Positions 38,530 through 51,500 of a stretch of DNA of 63,810 nucleotides are shown piece by piece. This DNA is from Amphiscolops sp. MND2022 (lineage: Eukaryota), in NCBI GenBank assembly GCA_964187785.1, contig OZ076410.1:77252001-77315810 (forward strand). Reading direction: 5' to 3'. The translations under genes and the position numbers were made by a program. The notes under the pieces are model-generated. The model was given only the letters and a program-made list of their open reading frames with translations. It was not told the DNA's origin and ran no database searches. Positions within the stretch are counted from its first letter, which is position 1; each line of letters begins with the position of its first letter.

Positions 38530-40570
38530 CCAAAGTTTCTATGATTTGTGATACTACCGTATCTATTCGGTCTAAAAACCTTGTGACGTTTGTGTATCTA
38601 AGTGGATATGAAATACGTCGTTTTTGGATCTGGAATACGGGTCTTTTCTGAAGTGTCAAAATTTTCACAGCTTCCTCTGGCATCTCACATTCGTCTCCGC
38701 CTTCCGAATCTGTTTCGGTTCAATTTTTTGTTTTGAACATTTCGGAGCTTCCTGTTTAAGATGTCCCTCAGGATCTCATTTCATTTCCCGTACTTCCCCT
38801 TAGGCTCCTCGGGCAGTGTCGGTTATTCGGGAATATTTCAGTTGATACTCTGGGTACCGTTTCCTTTCGATTCTTCTCGAATAAATTTTCCCTGGTCCGT
38901 TTTTAGTGTTTTCTGTTCCGCTGATTGCATTTTCAATTTCCGTTGGAACCTTTCATCTACGGGCATTCGGTCATGTCTTTCATCGAAGTTGAATGGATAT
39001 CTAACCGGAGTATTCTTCTGGGTTGATTTTGCTTTGGAAACCAGCTGCTTCTCTTCGGATTTAGTTTCGGTCATCACCATGTGGTTGCTGATCTCCCCTT
39101 CAGCGTCGCGACTGACGTATTTTGGTTTTTCCGCTTTGTGTGGGGCTGCAATGGACAGACTTGACCAATCCGATAATTAGGATTCAAAATTTTTCATATG
39201 TTATTTCCGTTCTCAGCTTTCTACCGTTGTCTAGTTCGAACGGTGTTTTTCCAGTCCCGCATGAATGGTGAATTGCATTACTTTCAGCGCTCGGTTCATA
39301 CTTCTGGTTGAGTTATTTCCGTCTTCCATAGTTGCTAGTGGTAAAATTTTCATCGTCACTGAAGCTCTTTCTACCGTTCTGTTTCCGATATGTATTCGCG
39401 GTGGGCAATGTTGAATTTCTGTAATACGAGATACGAGATTTGCAAAAAAAATTGAATCAACTGAAATAAATGCGTCTATCAGTTTCGTTTCTCCGGTATT
39501 CCGTATAAATTAACTTTCAAAAGTTTGTAACTTCTTTCCGACGTTTCACAGATTTTCGCTGTCACCCTTTGCTATCTATACCGGTCCATTGCATTCAAAA
39601 TTCAAAGTTTCTCCGGTTAGCTTTCATGATGTAATTTTCCGTTATATCGAATTTGCAGACATTGTATCACTTAGATTATCACAGTGTAATGTTTCAATGG
39701 CTACTAGTTTGTTTATGTGATGTAAGTTTCACCTAATTCGCTCCTTTGTTCGTTCGGTTCCTTCCTTTCTTCTTAGGTAAGCTGTCTTACTGTCCGGCCG
39801 TTGTTATTTTTTAGTTTGCATACGCAATGGCTCTTCTTCCCGCATTTATTGCAGTTTTACTCCTATGCGGGACATTCATGTAATGGGCCAGTAAAGTTGA
39901 TTTCGGTCTTGAACCGGAGTTTTCCATTCTCTGTCTTGGTTCTTCTTTTATTGCTTGTCTCGCCTTTGTCGGAGTTAATGCTTCCGGTATCGTTTTCTTT
40001 ATATTCTTTTTTGTAGGTAATTTGTTTGATTAACTCAATACATTGTTTTGTTCCCGAGGTTTTTCCCCATCAACTAGTCTAGTCATTTTTTGTCGGTAAT
40101 TGTGGATATTAGGAATTCTTCAGCCAAAACTGTATTGAAATCCAATCCATTATCCATTTCAATTAAGCGTCTCCTTGTTTATTTGGATGTTTCGTCTCTA
40201 GTCTGCTTCGCTCAAAAGAAGCCTCCTCGGTTATGGTATGTATTTTGTATCGGGAGATATTGTTCGGTGAATAACCGTATCAAATCTTTTTATTCTTTTG
40301 GGTTCCGCTTTATACTCTGCTCTAGTTATCCGGTTACTTCGGGCCCTACTCCCAAGATAAAATTCTATGTCGCTTCTTTTTTTCCGGCCCAGCCGAATTC
40401 CGTGACGTATTCGCCCTGTAGTAATGGTGCAGGTGCAGTACTCTTTTTGTGTTCGGGTTTCGTGAAATGCCGGAATCGCTTCAGTCATTGTGTCATTGTG
40501 AATAAGGGGATCCCGTCCGAGGTTGCTTCTCGCTTCGGTACAATGTGTCTTTCTGCCATTAATAATGTTA
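38530..40570 (-). mobile_element. Internally deleted Ty3/gypsy copy 3 (gag joined to integrase core and tail; PR-RT-RH missing)
   Basis: Gag LIRLFTEQYLPIQNTYHNRGGFF*AKQTRDET (~40190-40290) aligns with copy 1 YALFRLHFIPEKNEFNSRADFFGITREPNET; knuckle CNKCGKKSH (~39820); integrase remnants (AKICET, GNGTVERA, RALKVMQFTIHAG); tail VRYPF and RPNRYGS shared with copy 2. Confidence 0.75.
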
Positions 40571-40731
40571 GGAAGTTTGTTTTATTTTCTTTCAAAGTTG
40601 GCTGACTGCGTCATGTTGTATTCTGAGCTAATGGTGTAAAACAGAGCAGTAGATGAGACTTTTTTCTTAGTATCTAAAATTTAGCGTATACAAAACAAAT
40701 AGATATACCTAATTTTCAAATCTGAAATTTG

Positions 40732-41423
40732 TTTTTAGTCGGCGCTTCATGAAGTGAAACGCGACTATTATAGTGACTCTTTTTTTTCTGTCCACACGAA
40801 CTGACCAAAATAGTTCTTAAAAGTTCTACAAAATATTATGGTGTCAAATTGCACCATTTGGCCTAGCGAACTGGACCAAAATGGTTTTACCTGTTTTTCC
40901 GCGTAACATACCATACCGGGAGAGACCAAAGAGTCCCCCCTTTCATTTTTTTTCGGCACTGCGAGACATTTTTTCGGAATTTTTTTTTCGAAATTTTTTT
41001 TCCTCAAAGGGTCCCCCCTGCATTTTTTTTGATGTTTTGCGACAGAATGGATGTTGGAAATCCCAAAGGGTTCCTCCTTTCAGTTTTTTTTTCGGCAATG
41101 TGAGATTTTTTCCCGAAAATAAAAAAAAAATTTTTTTCTTCAATTTTTTCATGCTTTGCGACAGAATGGATGTTGAGAAAACCTCAAAGGGTCCCCCCTT
41201 TCAGTTTTTCGGCATTGTGAGACGTTAGCGCGCCAGGGGCTCGCGCTAGCGAGCCCCGGCGCGCCACTCGGTCCAATTTTTTTAGTATGTAAGTTTTCCA
41301 AAAAATTTTTTCTCAAAAAATTTCGATTTTCGAGTACTGTAAAAGAGTACTTGACACTTGGAAGTCTTTTTGCTATTTTTGAGCCTTGGATATGGCGCCG
41401 ACTTGGGCGGGTCCCGGCTTGTT
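40732..41423 (+). mobile_element. HINE (Helentron-like) family copy, longest in window
   Basis: 5' subTIR AGTCGGCGC (40737-40745) with adjacent partial inverted repeat cgcgact; 3' subTIR GCGCCGACT (41395-41403); terminal gggcgggtcccggcttgtt; expanded AGGGTCCCCC modules. Confidence 0.8.
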
Positions 41424-43576
41424 AGTAAATACTGTGGCATATATGTCTTTAACTGAAACTCGATAGCGGTAAATGGCGTCAATGACTGATGAACTGTATA
41501 ACGGCTTGCGTCTAACAAGCAGACCAGTCAAGTAGCATAAAAGTATTATTCATGCTGATGAGTAGACTCGATTCCTATTGGTTGAAATTTCACATTAGGA
41601 CTAAGTAAATGCGTCAGATTAGCAGTCAATATATTTATTATTATAACGTAGTCAGCAATATTCACATACCCCTAGTGCCCTATTGCAGGAGCGAAGCGAA
41701 GCGAAGCGGAGCCACGTGCCATATGACCATTCCTCAATGTTGCTATTTGGCGAAGGGAGTGAAGCGACCGCGCCATACAACAAATATGCTAACCTCTTCA
41801 AATAAATCAGGTTGCATACATATTGGCTGTATCAGAACTCATTCCATTGATTTGTAATTCTAACTTGTGATCGGTCAAGCATTTACCGTTTGATTAAATT
41901 TTCTGCTTTTTGAGTAGTCTGCTCATTAGACGATCTGCTTGTTAGACTACTTCCCTGTATAAGACGTATCATATCGATTGCTTCTAACTGACTCCTAAAG
42001 TTCCAACAAAAAACCGTAGGTGTTTCGCCTTATGCATTCTTATGGTTAGGGTGGGGTATAGTTGACTGTTTCAGTTGCGATAGCTAAACTCTCAATGATC
42101 TGTCGCTATGTGATAAAAATGTCACAGGTAAAACTTTTAAAGGAAACTAAAGGCTTCAACATTATATAAGTAAGGACATTATAACATTATAACAGTAAGG
42201 AGTTTGAAAAAATTTGCTTAACGCTTGAAAATGGTCAAAAAATGATTATCATAACTTCTCAATTGATTCTATGGAAAAAACAAGTCTTTACTGAAATGAC
42301 GTTGACGATTACTTTTGCGGGCTATTGTGTTCCAGTGGCTTCGAAACGTTTACCCGCAAAAGTCTCAGAAGTTATATCAATAAGTTAGTGCTAATGCGCA
42401 TAAAAACAGCAGTTTTAGTTTGCGAAGTTGACTTTCGGTCCACTTTTTGGTGCGAAGTTTGAATATTTTTGGTAGGAATGATGCCTTAAGGCATATAACA
42501 TAATTATGTTCATAAAATTCAGCCTCGACAGTGATTTCGTCCTCAAATGAGGACAGCGAGTTTTGTCGCAATCAATTGATAATTACAAAACACAAAGAAC
42601 ATGTAAGAAAACGAAAATTTATTATCGACAATATATTGGACTAACTGGCCTGAGGTATTTGTGTCAGAAAAGTAACCACGGGCCAAAAGTAACTGGGAAA
42701 AATGAAACTTTGCAAAAAATTACATTTCAAAAAATTTGCTTCTCAATAACTGAGGAACTGGTTGCTGTCCCTTTCTAGTAACAGAGTAGACCACCATTGA
42801 AAACGCATTTAGAAGTTTTTCCAATGAAACTTCAGCTATGAGTACGACCAGCATTTGAAAAGCCCGGGCCCGAGCTGCAGGGGTGGAACTTTCACCCCCA
42901 ACAAGTGGCGCCAACTCCCAGCCTATTTAGTGTGAAAGCTTTAGCATTTGAAAGCTTAGGTAAAGAGCTTTCAGGAACCGAAAACTGATTTGAGCTGTCG
43001 CTACTATTCGCGGAAAAATGAAGCTTTAAAATATTGCCAAGTTTTTTTGTCAATTTTTCAGCTTCTCAGAATACAGTCGAGGTTAGACTACTTATAGTAT
43101 ACAAAATAGAAAACTAACTCGATTGAGATTGAATATTTTGAAATCGAATACTCGAGAAAAAGCAAAACCCTTTTTCAGTGAGGAAAGTAGAACAAGCTGC
43201 AGTAAAAGGTGATATATCGACAAAATAACTGGAATAACTCGAGGGATAAATCAACTAAATGAAACAGAGCAAGTGTGCACATTTTAAATGAAATAATGTA
43301 AAGCCATTCTGCAATATCTTTTTGATGCAAACTTATAAGTTGTTAATTATTAACTGGAAAATATATGGATGAATCATCAATCGATAATAATTGAACAAGA
43401 ATTGCCGTAAATTGGAAACAAGATTTATAGAACAAAAATGGGATTTTGATCGAGGCTTATCGGTATTTCAAATGTGCGCCATGGAAGCTTAAGGTACGAA
43501 TAAAAATAAATCGGCCGGTATTTTGAACTTGATCTCGAGAGACGGCAAATGTATGTTCTGGTGATTGACAAGACTA

Positions 43577-43925
43577 CAAGGTGAACAAAAAAAAATGGAA
43601 CGCACAAAAACTTGCGTCTTCGCAGCCGTCCTATTTGTAAACAACACACTGAATTTTTTTTTCAATTTTTCTTTCAATCATTTAGAATGAAGCGATTGTT
43701 ACATAATCTTATCTTCAACTAAGGATGGTTTGAAAAATGTTGAAACGTCTTTATCAGTAATTTGGTTCGCACTTTCGATGCGGGAAAGTTCTTTCATTTC
43801 GACGAAAAGTTGTCAACTTGAAGTACTAAGGAGGTGAAATGCAGTGTTCGAGAGTTGTTTTGAAACGTTTGTTGACTAATATTTGAAGCTTGAAAGCTCA
43901 AACATTATTTCATGCGTTCCGGTTT
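43577..43925 (+). mobile_element. ~350-bp TA-flanked MITE, copy 1 (diverged)
   Basis: TA|CAAGGTGAAC...ggaacgcacaaaaa head; interior similar to 44049-44763; degenerate inverted end atgcgttccggttt. Confidence 0.55.
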
Positions 43926-44048
43926 CGAACAGTAAAGGTTCGAACAGAAGTCGCTATTTTTAATGTGATTGACAGGCTGAAATTTCGGAACTGTTCGAAA
44001 TTATTTGTTGACAAACATTTTAGAATTCAAGAACTTAAAAAACCTCTC

Positions 44049-44763
44049 TCAGATGAACCAAAAAAACGGAACGCACAAAAAATTGCTTCTTCAAAATCGT
44101 ACTATTTGTACACAAGACACTGAAATTCTATCGATTTTTCTGTTGATTATTTAAGAATGAAGCTCTTGTTACGTAGTAATCACATCTTCAACTAAGGATG
44201 GTTCGAATTTTCAGTAGTAGTCTACTAGGTGAACCAAACAAACGGAATGCACAAAAATTTTTGATCTCTCAAAGCTTTAAATATTTGTAAATAAACGTTT
44301 CACAACAATTTTGAACGCTGCTGTCAATCATTCAAATTGGCAACATTTCTTCGAAACAAAAGAAATTTCGCACATCGGAAGTGAGGAAAAAACGACTGGT
44401 ACCTATGTCTAGACTTTTTCTGAAGGTTTGAACCATCCTGGTTTGAAGATGCGATTACGTAACAGGAGCTTCATTCTAAATGACTCACAGAAAAATTGAA
44501 AGATTCTCAGTCTCTTGTTTACAAATATTATGAAGACGCAAACTTTTGTGCGTTCCGTTTTTAATGGTTCACCTAGTAGAAGTCTTTACCAGTCATCACG
44601 TTCTCACTTTTAATGTGCGAAAGTTCTTTCGCTTCAAAGAAAAGTTGCCAACTTGAACGACTGACAGCAGCGTTCGAAGATGTTGTGAAACGTTTGTTGA
44701 CAAATATCTGAAACTTTGAGAGATTGAAAACTTTGGTGAGTTCCGTCTTTTTGGTTCCCCTAA
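44049..44763 (+). mobile_element. MITE copy 2, interrupted by copy 3
   Basis: Head gatgaacc...acggaacgcacaaaaa; split at gtcTA|gaagtc; resumes at 44579 and ends ggttcccctaa|TA. Confidence 0.65.
44225..44576 (-). mobile_element. MITE copy 3 (Tc1/mariner-type TA TSD), inserted in opposite orientation
   Basis: TIRs CTAGGTGAACCA / TGGTTCACCTAG plus subterminal AACGGAA(T/C)GCACAAAA; TA at 44223-44224 and 44577-44578. Confidence 0.8.
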
Positions 44764-45659
44764 TATGTACCCGTTGTTTTGGGTCATCTATTGCTAACTC
44801 GAAGACGTTGACGAGTTCATCGATAGGATTTCATTTTTTTGTTCAATTTAAAAAAAAACTTTATGATAATGATTGAGCAATGACATAATCTAGGTGCATC
44901 AAATAAGGTTGCAAAATGAAATTGGAGCCTCGGTCAGCACTTTGAAACAAAGCTTCAACATTTTTCATCCGTTCAGAACGACATTCAATACTTAAAGCAT
45001 GTGACGTTTTTGCATCACCTAGTATGGTTGTTTGCGTGTCCTATTCAGCGTGTATGAACAACCTTCCGGTTTGATTGACAACTGTCTGAAGTCTGACCTA
45101 ACACTACCATGATGCCTGGTACTATGATGTCATGATCTTACACACCAGTTTTTCCCGGGGCACGCCTCTCATTGCCAGGGACGCCTCTCAAGGCCTTCTT
45201 CCAGGCACGCCTCTCATTGCCGTTTCATAAATTTCAAATCATAGTTTGAAACTCAGCACCCCTTCCCACCCCGAACCGAACACCCACCTGTTTCGAAGTT
45301 GGACAGAATATTGGAAAATTATGACGAACTAGTAGTTGATTGTGAATTTCCATTGAAAATGAATGAATGTTTCAAGAGCTCAAGAAAAAAGGTTTTTATT
45401 GTGTTTCATTAAACATATAGTTTGTGTGGAGCAGGGTTTGTTGGGAAAAAGAGCTCAAATTTGAACTTCTGCTGATATGTAGTCATGAGGCTCACCTAAT
45501 ACTTGTATCCCAACTACATTGATAAGATGATTCTTCGAGGTTGCAAGTTACACAATACCTGAAGCTGTGAGTAAAATACAAAGATCCTCGATGAAATTTC
45601 ATACTTTGCTCTGATGAAACAAACTTTGGAAATTGTGATTATTAGCGGATATTTGTATA

Positions 45660-46124
45660 TTTTTAGTCGGCGCTTTTCTTAAGAAAAAAGTCGATCATAG
45701 TCATGGCTTTCGTCAGTGTTTTTTAAGACCACCTGAAGTGACCAAAGTAGTTCTACCAAAAGTTCTACAAAATTTAGAGAACACGCCAAATTATCCCTGT
45801 TGGCCAAAGGAACTGAATCAAAAAGGTTTCCCGCGTAACATACAATACCGGACGAGACCAAAGGGTCCCCCTTGACATTTTTTCGGCATTGTGCGACTTT
45901 TTTCATTTTTTTTCCACCAAAGGGTCCCCCCTTCAATTTTTTTGGAGTTTTGCAACAGAATGGATGTTAAAAAATTCCAAAGGGTCTTCACTTTTAGTTT
46001 TTTTGGCATTGTGAGACTTTCTTCAATTTTTTTTCGTAAAAAATTCCAAGTTCACCAAAACTTTGACATTTTGCTATTTTTGAACCTTAGATATTACGCC
46101 GACTTGGGCCGGTCCCGGCTTGTT
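45660..46124 (+). mobile_element. HINE family copy
   Basis: 5' ttttAGTCGGCGC (45665-45673); 3' acgccgact-tgg-GCCG-gtcc-CGGC-ttgttt. Confidence 0.8.
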
Positions 46125-47572
46125 TAAATAGTCTTCAACAACGATATGAGGAGCTCTGAACATTTTCGGAGCGGAACAAAAACTTGATCGAAGTGATTAG
46201 CCAGGGAGCTGAGCCCATCAATAGTTGCCATCGTTCTTTCAGAACTTAAACGTTCCAATTAACTCATACGAAGATCTAAAGAATCAGAAGCTTACAGTGA
46301 GTGAACTCAAACATCCTGTTCGACTCAGGCCACCCGAAATCGGCATTAAGTTTCAACTGTGGAAGAGACTCATGGACAATCTGAAGCTTTCCAATGCCTA
46401 GGAGGAACATTCAAACGCAGTGAGGTTCGCTATGTCAAATGACCGTTAAGGGTTAAGACACTTAGTAGCTCGACAGCGGCACATTCGGACTTTGAAGACT
46501 ATTATCAACGTTCGAACGTAAAGCACATGAATGAAAGGAACAGCTGAAGGATTTTGAAACCAAATGCTTTTTTATTCGAAAAGGCTACTTTTTTATCTTT
46601 AGTCCAAGCACCAAATGTGCTATCGATCACACTATTGGAACATATCGGCTCAAACGAAGGACCGTTAACACGAGAAAGACGCAAGTTGGGTCTTGCTGAA
46701 CCATGTACAAATAAAAATTGAGTGAATTATAAAAGGTTCGCGCAGGTTTTTAATTCAGAGGAGATAATTGCTGAAGCGTTTCTTCGTTTACATATAGATT
46801 GCTCTTGACCAACTAGGCCTCGAGTCAACCGCAAAACTAGATGGAAATGAATTGATCACTGAGAAACTTGGGTTTCTTTTTTTCCCGTAACCTTACAACC
46901 CGATTCAGTACAAATTGGACATTAATAAAGGATCGACACTGGTACCGAGAGTCTTGGAGATGCTGAATATCCAAATACTTTTACGGGCTGTAGCTGCAAA
47001 ATACAGCTCCTCTCCTTGAAGTTTCCAACTCATCTTAAGCCGTTTTAACGAGGTGGACAACTTTCTAGAAGACCAACCAGAAACTTGATTAGTGAGTAGT
47101 CGAAGTCGAACAAGCAGACATTCACGAGCAGATTCTAAGACAAGTTTCTAATGGTTTTTAGTTTAATAGAAGAAGTGGACCCACTAACCACAGCCTTCTT
47201 TTTCGAAGGCATGAAAGTTTCAATTGTCTCGCTAACGTTCGAATCTCAAAAATGTTTGATCACCTGGCTTAATTTTTCAGAATTTCCTCCAAACGTTTGT
47301 TCGTGCATCTGACCCACAATCTTGTCACAAATAGGAAATGCTTTTCCATGGAAGGAAACTTTAAGAAGAAACTTGATAAGATTTTAAAGTAGACAGCATC
47401 GAATGAACAAAACTTTGAAACAAACAGAGAGATTTCGATACCTTATCAAAATCGAATGTTGGAAACCAATAAGAAAGCACAACATTTGAAATTACCAATT
47501 TTCCAATATAGCATTTGATTTTCAACTGGGTTTTTTGTTGTTTCCTGTATTTAGAATTGACCGTACATGTAG

Positions 47573-47692
47573 AACAAGCGCCCGCTAAGCACCGGGATAT
47601 TTTCCGCTAAAAATGTAACGCATCAGCACAGGTTCGAACCCATGATCTCGTGTCTGCCAGGGAGACGCACTACTAACTGCGCCGTGGTGACT
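47573..47692 (-). mobile_element. tRNA-derived SINE-like element (~120 bp)
   Basis: Minus strand: A-box-like GGCGCAGTTAGTAGTGCG, B-box GGTTCGAACC, intact D-stem but degenerate anticodon and T stems, so not a functional tRNA. Followed by the 35-bp hairpin terminus ending CTTGTT. Confidence 0.7.
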
Positions 47693-48595
47693 AGAATTTA
47701 CCAGATGGAGTAAGTGGAGTTTTGGCAAACTTTGTAAAAAAACGCAACACAGATTATGATTTTCCTCCCCCATTATATGTGGCTGGAGCATAAAAACCAC
47801 AAGAAATGCCAACACAGACAGGAAACACAGAAGCACTTTGGCAGAGTGTAATACATGAAGTCGAAAACTAGGTTTTTTGAAGATAAAAGATCGGAAGAAC
47901 AAGGCCAGTGAATCCCACCCTTTGAATCGTTAAATGTATTTCTAGACAGAGGCTCAACTGACAGAGTGGTTGAAAAATGACAGAAAAACTTATACCTTTT
48001 CGAGAAGTTGAAAGCTCCAAAAAATCTCTTCAGTAAAAAACGGCCTTTCACCATGCAAGCATGATAGGGGTCAAAAAAAGACAAGGAATTGTAAAGGCTC
48101 GAGAGGGCCTAACATAAACAAAACAAAACGAAAAACAACATTGCCATGGGGACAACAACGCAAATGTAAGCACGGAACAAAATTCGAGCCAATTGTTCTA
48201 GGTGTCTGTCACTAGATATAAAGGTGCTGAATGAGACGGTTTAAAAAATTGCAACAAAGACTAACACCCAGTATTTTTTAAAAAAAATCAGTCCACAAGC
48301 AATTAAGAGGCCATCTATAGGCGTTGCTACTCTTAACTCTCGATGCAGAGTGCAAAGAAGAACGCTGCAACAATATATTATTGCAAAACATTTTCAATGC
48401 TAAAAGTTTTCTTTTCATTTTACACTTTTCTAACCATCGATTTTCCCAATTGGCTGCGAATAGCTACCGACGACAAAAAAAACCCAGTTCGTTCATAGTC
48501 CTCAGAAAACCGAAGACCATTTAGAAGAAGAAGAAGAAGAAGAAATTTTACTCTTAATTTGTTGCCCAAAGGGCGTATAAATTACAAGACAGGTT

Positions 48596-51500
48596 GATTA
48601 GCTGGTACCAGACGTTCCAGCATTACATATAGCACCGCACAGAACAGAAAGATTTTCAAGAAGTTCAATGTTCATGGAATTCATCAGCTGGTCAAATTTC
48701 GTTATATTTGGAAACGATTGAAAACATTTCGGGATGAGTTCTTTCCTTATGTCTCTAAAGTTCTCGCAGACCAGTGATATTCATCTGCTTTGCATTCTTT
48801 ATGGCAGAACGAACAATGTTGACTGTGGTTGCCCGTTATTCTCCCTTTTACTCCTGATGACATGTATGGAGCGCAGCGGAATCGACTAAGTTGTATCCTA
48901 TACTTTGCCTTCAGTTTGCGTAAATAAGGCTCCTGAAAGAGTCCATGTTTAAATTCCCTATAGCAATCACATAGTGAATTAGTGTTCAACATTGAGTACC
49001 AAGACTGAGTTGCAAGATCTTCACACTTCCGCTTAATGTATTTCTTGAACTCGAAGTCACTGACAAAATTAATGTAAGTATTTACCATAGGTATTCCACA
49101 ATTCACTATATTATTTTTAACACCCAACATCCATTTATGTTCATGATCGTTAATATTTATCATCTGACATATCAAACCGGCGAGGCTGTTTCCTTCGTTG
49201 GTAAGTTTTTTCCAGAAACATGCCCTTCTTTTCCAAACTGTATACTTCAATTCTTTTTCCCCCAACTCCCCATATACCATAGCGTTCGGAGCATTTTTTC
49301 GTACTCGAAGCACGCGTCTCAGAAAATAGCGATGAAAAATTTCAATCTGTTCCATACTCTCATAACCCCATACTTCACAACCATAAAGTAAGATATGCTT
49401 TATCACCGCATCAAAGAGATGTAACTTAGTGTCAATTCCAAAATCGATTTTACTGAAGAGCACTTCTAATTTGAAAAGAACTTTTTTTAGCTTTGGCAAC
49501 GTTGTTTTTGATTGCAGCTTGAAAGGTGTTGTTGTACTTACTCAACACAACTCCTAGGTAGCAAAATGTATCGACACGTTCTATTGCAGTGTTATCCACA
49601 GAAAGATTTATTTTTTCCTAATTTTTCCCCGTGAGCATACCATATACTTTGTTTTAGACGCATTTATCGTCATTTTGTTCTCATTGCAGTATTTTGTGGT
49701 TGCATCAAGAGCTCGTTGTCTGTCTTCTTCCGTTTGACTTAGCAGTATCGTATCATCTGCATATAAAAGAGAGCACAACTTCAGAAGGGTTTTCAAGTTA
49801 CTATTTTGGTCCAGTGTCAGGCGTATACCCTCGAACCCGCTCTGCATGAAAGTGTTGAAGTCGTTCAAAAAGAATATGAATAGAAGCGGAGATAAGTTGT
49901 CCCCTTGACGGACCCCTATAATACAATCGAATATATCAGAAATCTCACCATTTACCCTAACACACGCTTTAGTTTTCTGATAAAGATTTTGGATGATTCT
50001 CAAAACTTTTCCTGTTACCTGTGCTTGTCCAAGTTTTTGCCAGAGAAGTCCATGGTCCACTTCATCAAAAGCTTTTTCATAGTCGATGAATGTCACAAAC
50101 AGTTTTTTCTTTTGCGCAAGGTACAAACTCATAAGTGACGATAAGACAAAAACATGATCAGTACACCCCATTTCGTTCCTAAAGCCAGCTTGTTCAATTC
50201 CTAACACATCCCGTTTTTCCAGATCTACGCGTATTCTTTCAGTAAGTACTGAGGTGAAGAGTTTACAGAGACAGTTAGCAAGAGATATACCCCTGTAATT
50301 GTGAGGATTCGTTTTTTCCCCTTTCTTGAAAGTCGGTTGGTATATCGAAGTAGCCCAGTCACCATGCACTTCCCCTATATCAAGCATTTTATTGAAAAAG
50401 GTAGTTATTATGAGTATAAGTTTGTCAGAAGCACACTTGATAAACTCCGGATAAACATCATCAAGACCAGCTGACTTTCCACATTTAATCTTATTTATAC
50501 ATAATCTTATTTCGTCCTCAGTGAAAGGGATGTTCAATTCTTCATTATTGTCATTTATATTCACATAGACATTTGAACACTTCGAGGCATCGTTCAGGTT
50601 TTTAAAATGTTCGAATAGTTCAGACTTTTTGATTGGAATTTTGTTTTCTTTACGTACAAGTTTATTGAAAAAAGACCAGTATTCCTTCGGGTTGATATTC
50701 TTTTTCTGTCTCAATAACTCATTTGTCTTAGACTCCCAGATTCTTTTTTTTCTTGATAAGAACATCTTGTATTCTTTCGCCGCTGTTTTCTTCAAGCAAT
50801 GGTTAGACTTTTTGTTGGCCTCACGCAACTTTTCACGGTAGATGGTCCGTTGGTTATGACATTCAATATCGAACCAATTATTGCGTCGTTGGAAAGCAGG
50901 CTTCCTTCGACCTTTAAGAGCGCCAACTGACTTGGCGATGTCAAGTAATATTTCTGTCAGCAGTCCATTAATTTTATTTACTGCCTCAAGTGTTTGCGGT
51001 TCATCCTCGCAGCAGCTTCGTAATTCGGCGAGATTTCTAGCACCCATGTGTTCCGCATATTCGACCCTTATCTCTTCATTCCATACTCGTTGCAATTGGG
51101 ATGGGCTGGAAGCTGGTTTGACTATCATATCATCTGTTCTCGTACATTCCAGTTCGAGGACAAGAGAACAGTGTATATCAGATAAGGACGGATCAAAATT
51201 GTTTACAGTAAAATTCAGGATGTATTCGAAGCAGGAGTACTCGGCGAGAAAATAGTCGATATTACTCTTTCCGTTGTGCGTAATGCATGTGTACTCACCG
51301 TGGTTCTTGTCTTGTCCTATTCTGCCATTCACTATGGCAATTTCTGTAGTTTTACATAGGTCAACTAAAAGTCTACCATTTGTATTGATTTTTGCATCCT
51401 TGTTGGTCCTGCGATCTAAGTGGTTTGTTTCACCCTCTAATTGGAGGTTGTCATCTAAGCGTCCAGTTCGGGCGTTGAAATCGCCCATCAGTATAATACT

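Noticed and set aside
40768-41518. Several 70-115 aa Phe/Lys-rich ORFs (similar ones at 18283, 45679-46127, 57054)
   Set aside because: They lie within HINE copies and reflect homopolymer-rich repeat sequence, not genes.
41533-41573. Hammerhead-like CTGATGAG...CTCG
   Set aside because: Lacks the GAAA core (reads GATT) and a valid stem III/cleavage triplet.
46243-46296. 54-nt plus-strand exon candidate NLNVPINSYEDLKNQKLT with good splice sites (iGluR S2-like PIxSxEDL)
   Set aside because: No neighbouring iGluR exons such as SYTANLA were found; unsupported without RNA-seq.
46548-46900. Possible decayed coding region
   Set aside because: The longest stop-free stretch is ~57 codons and no family motif is recognisable; compatible with chance.
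47620-47692. Functional tRNA gene
   Set aside because: Anticodon and T stems are disrupted and it is fused to a repeat terminus; treated as a SINE-like head.
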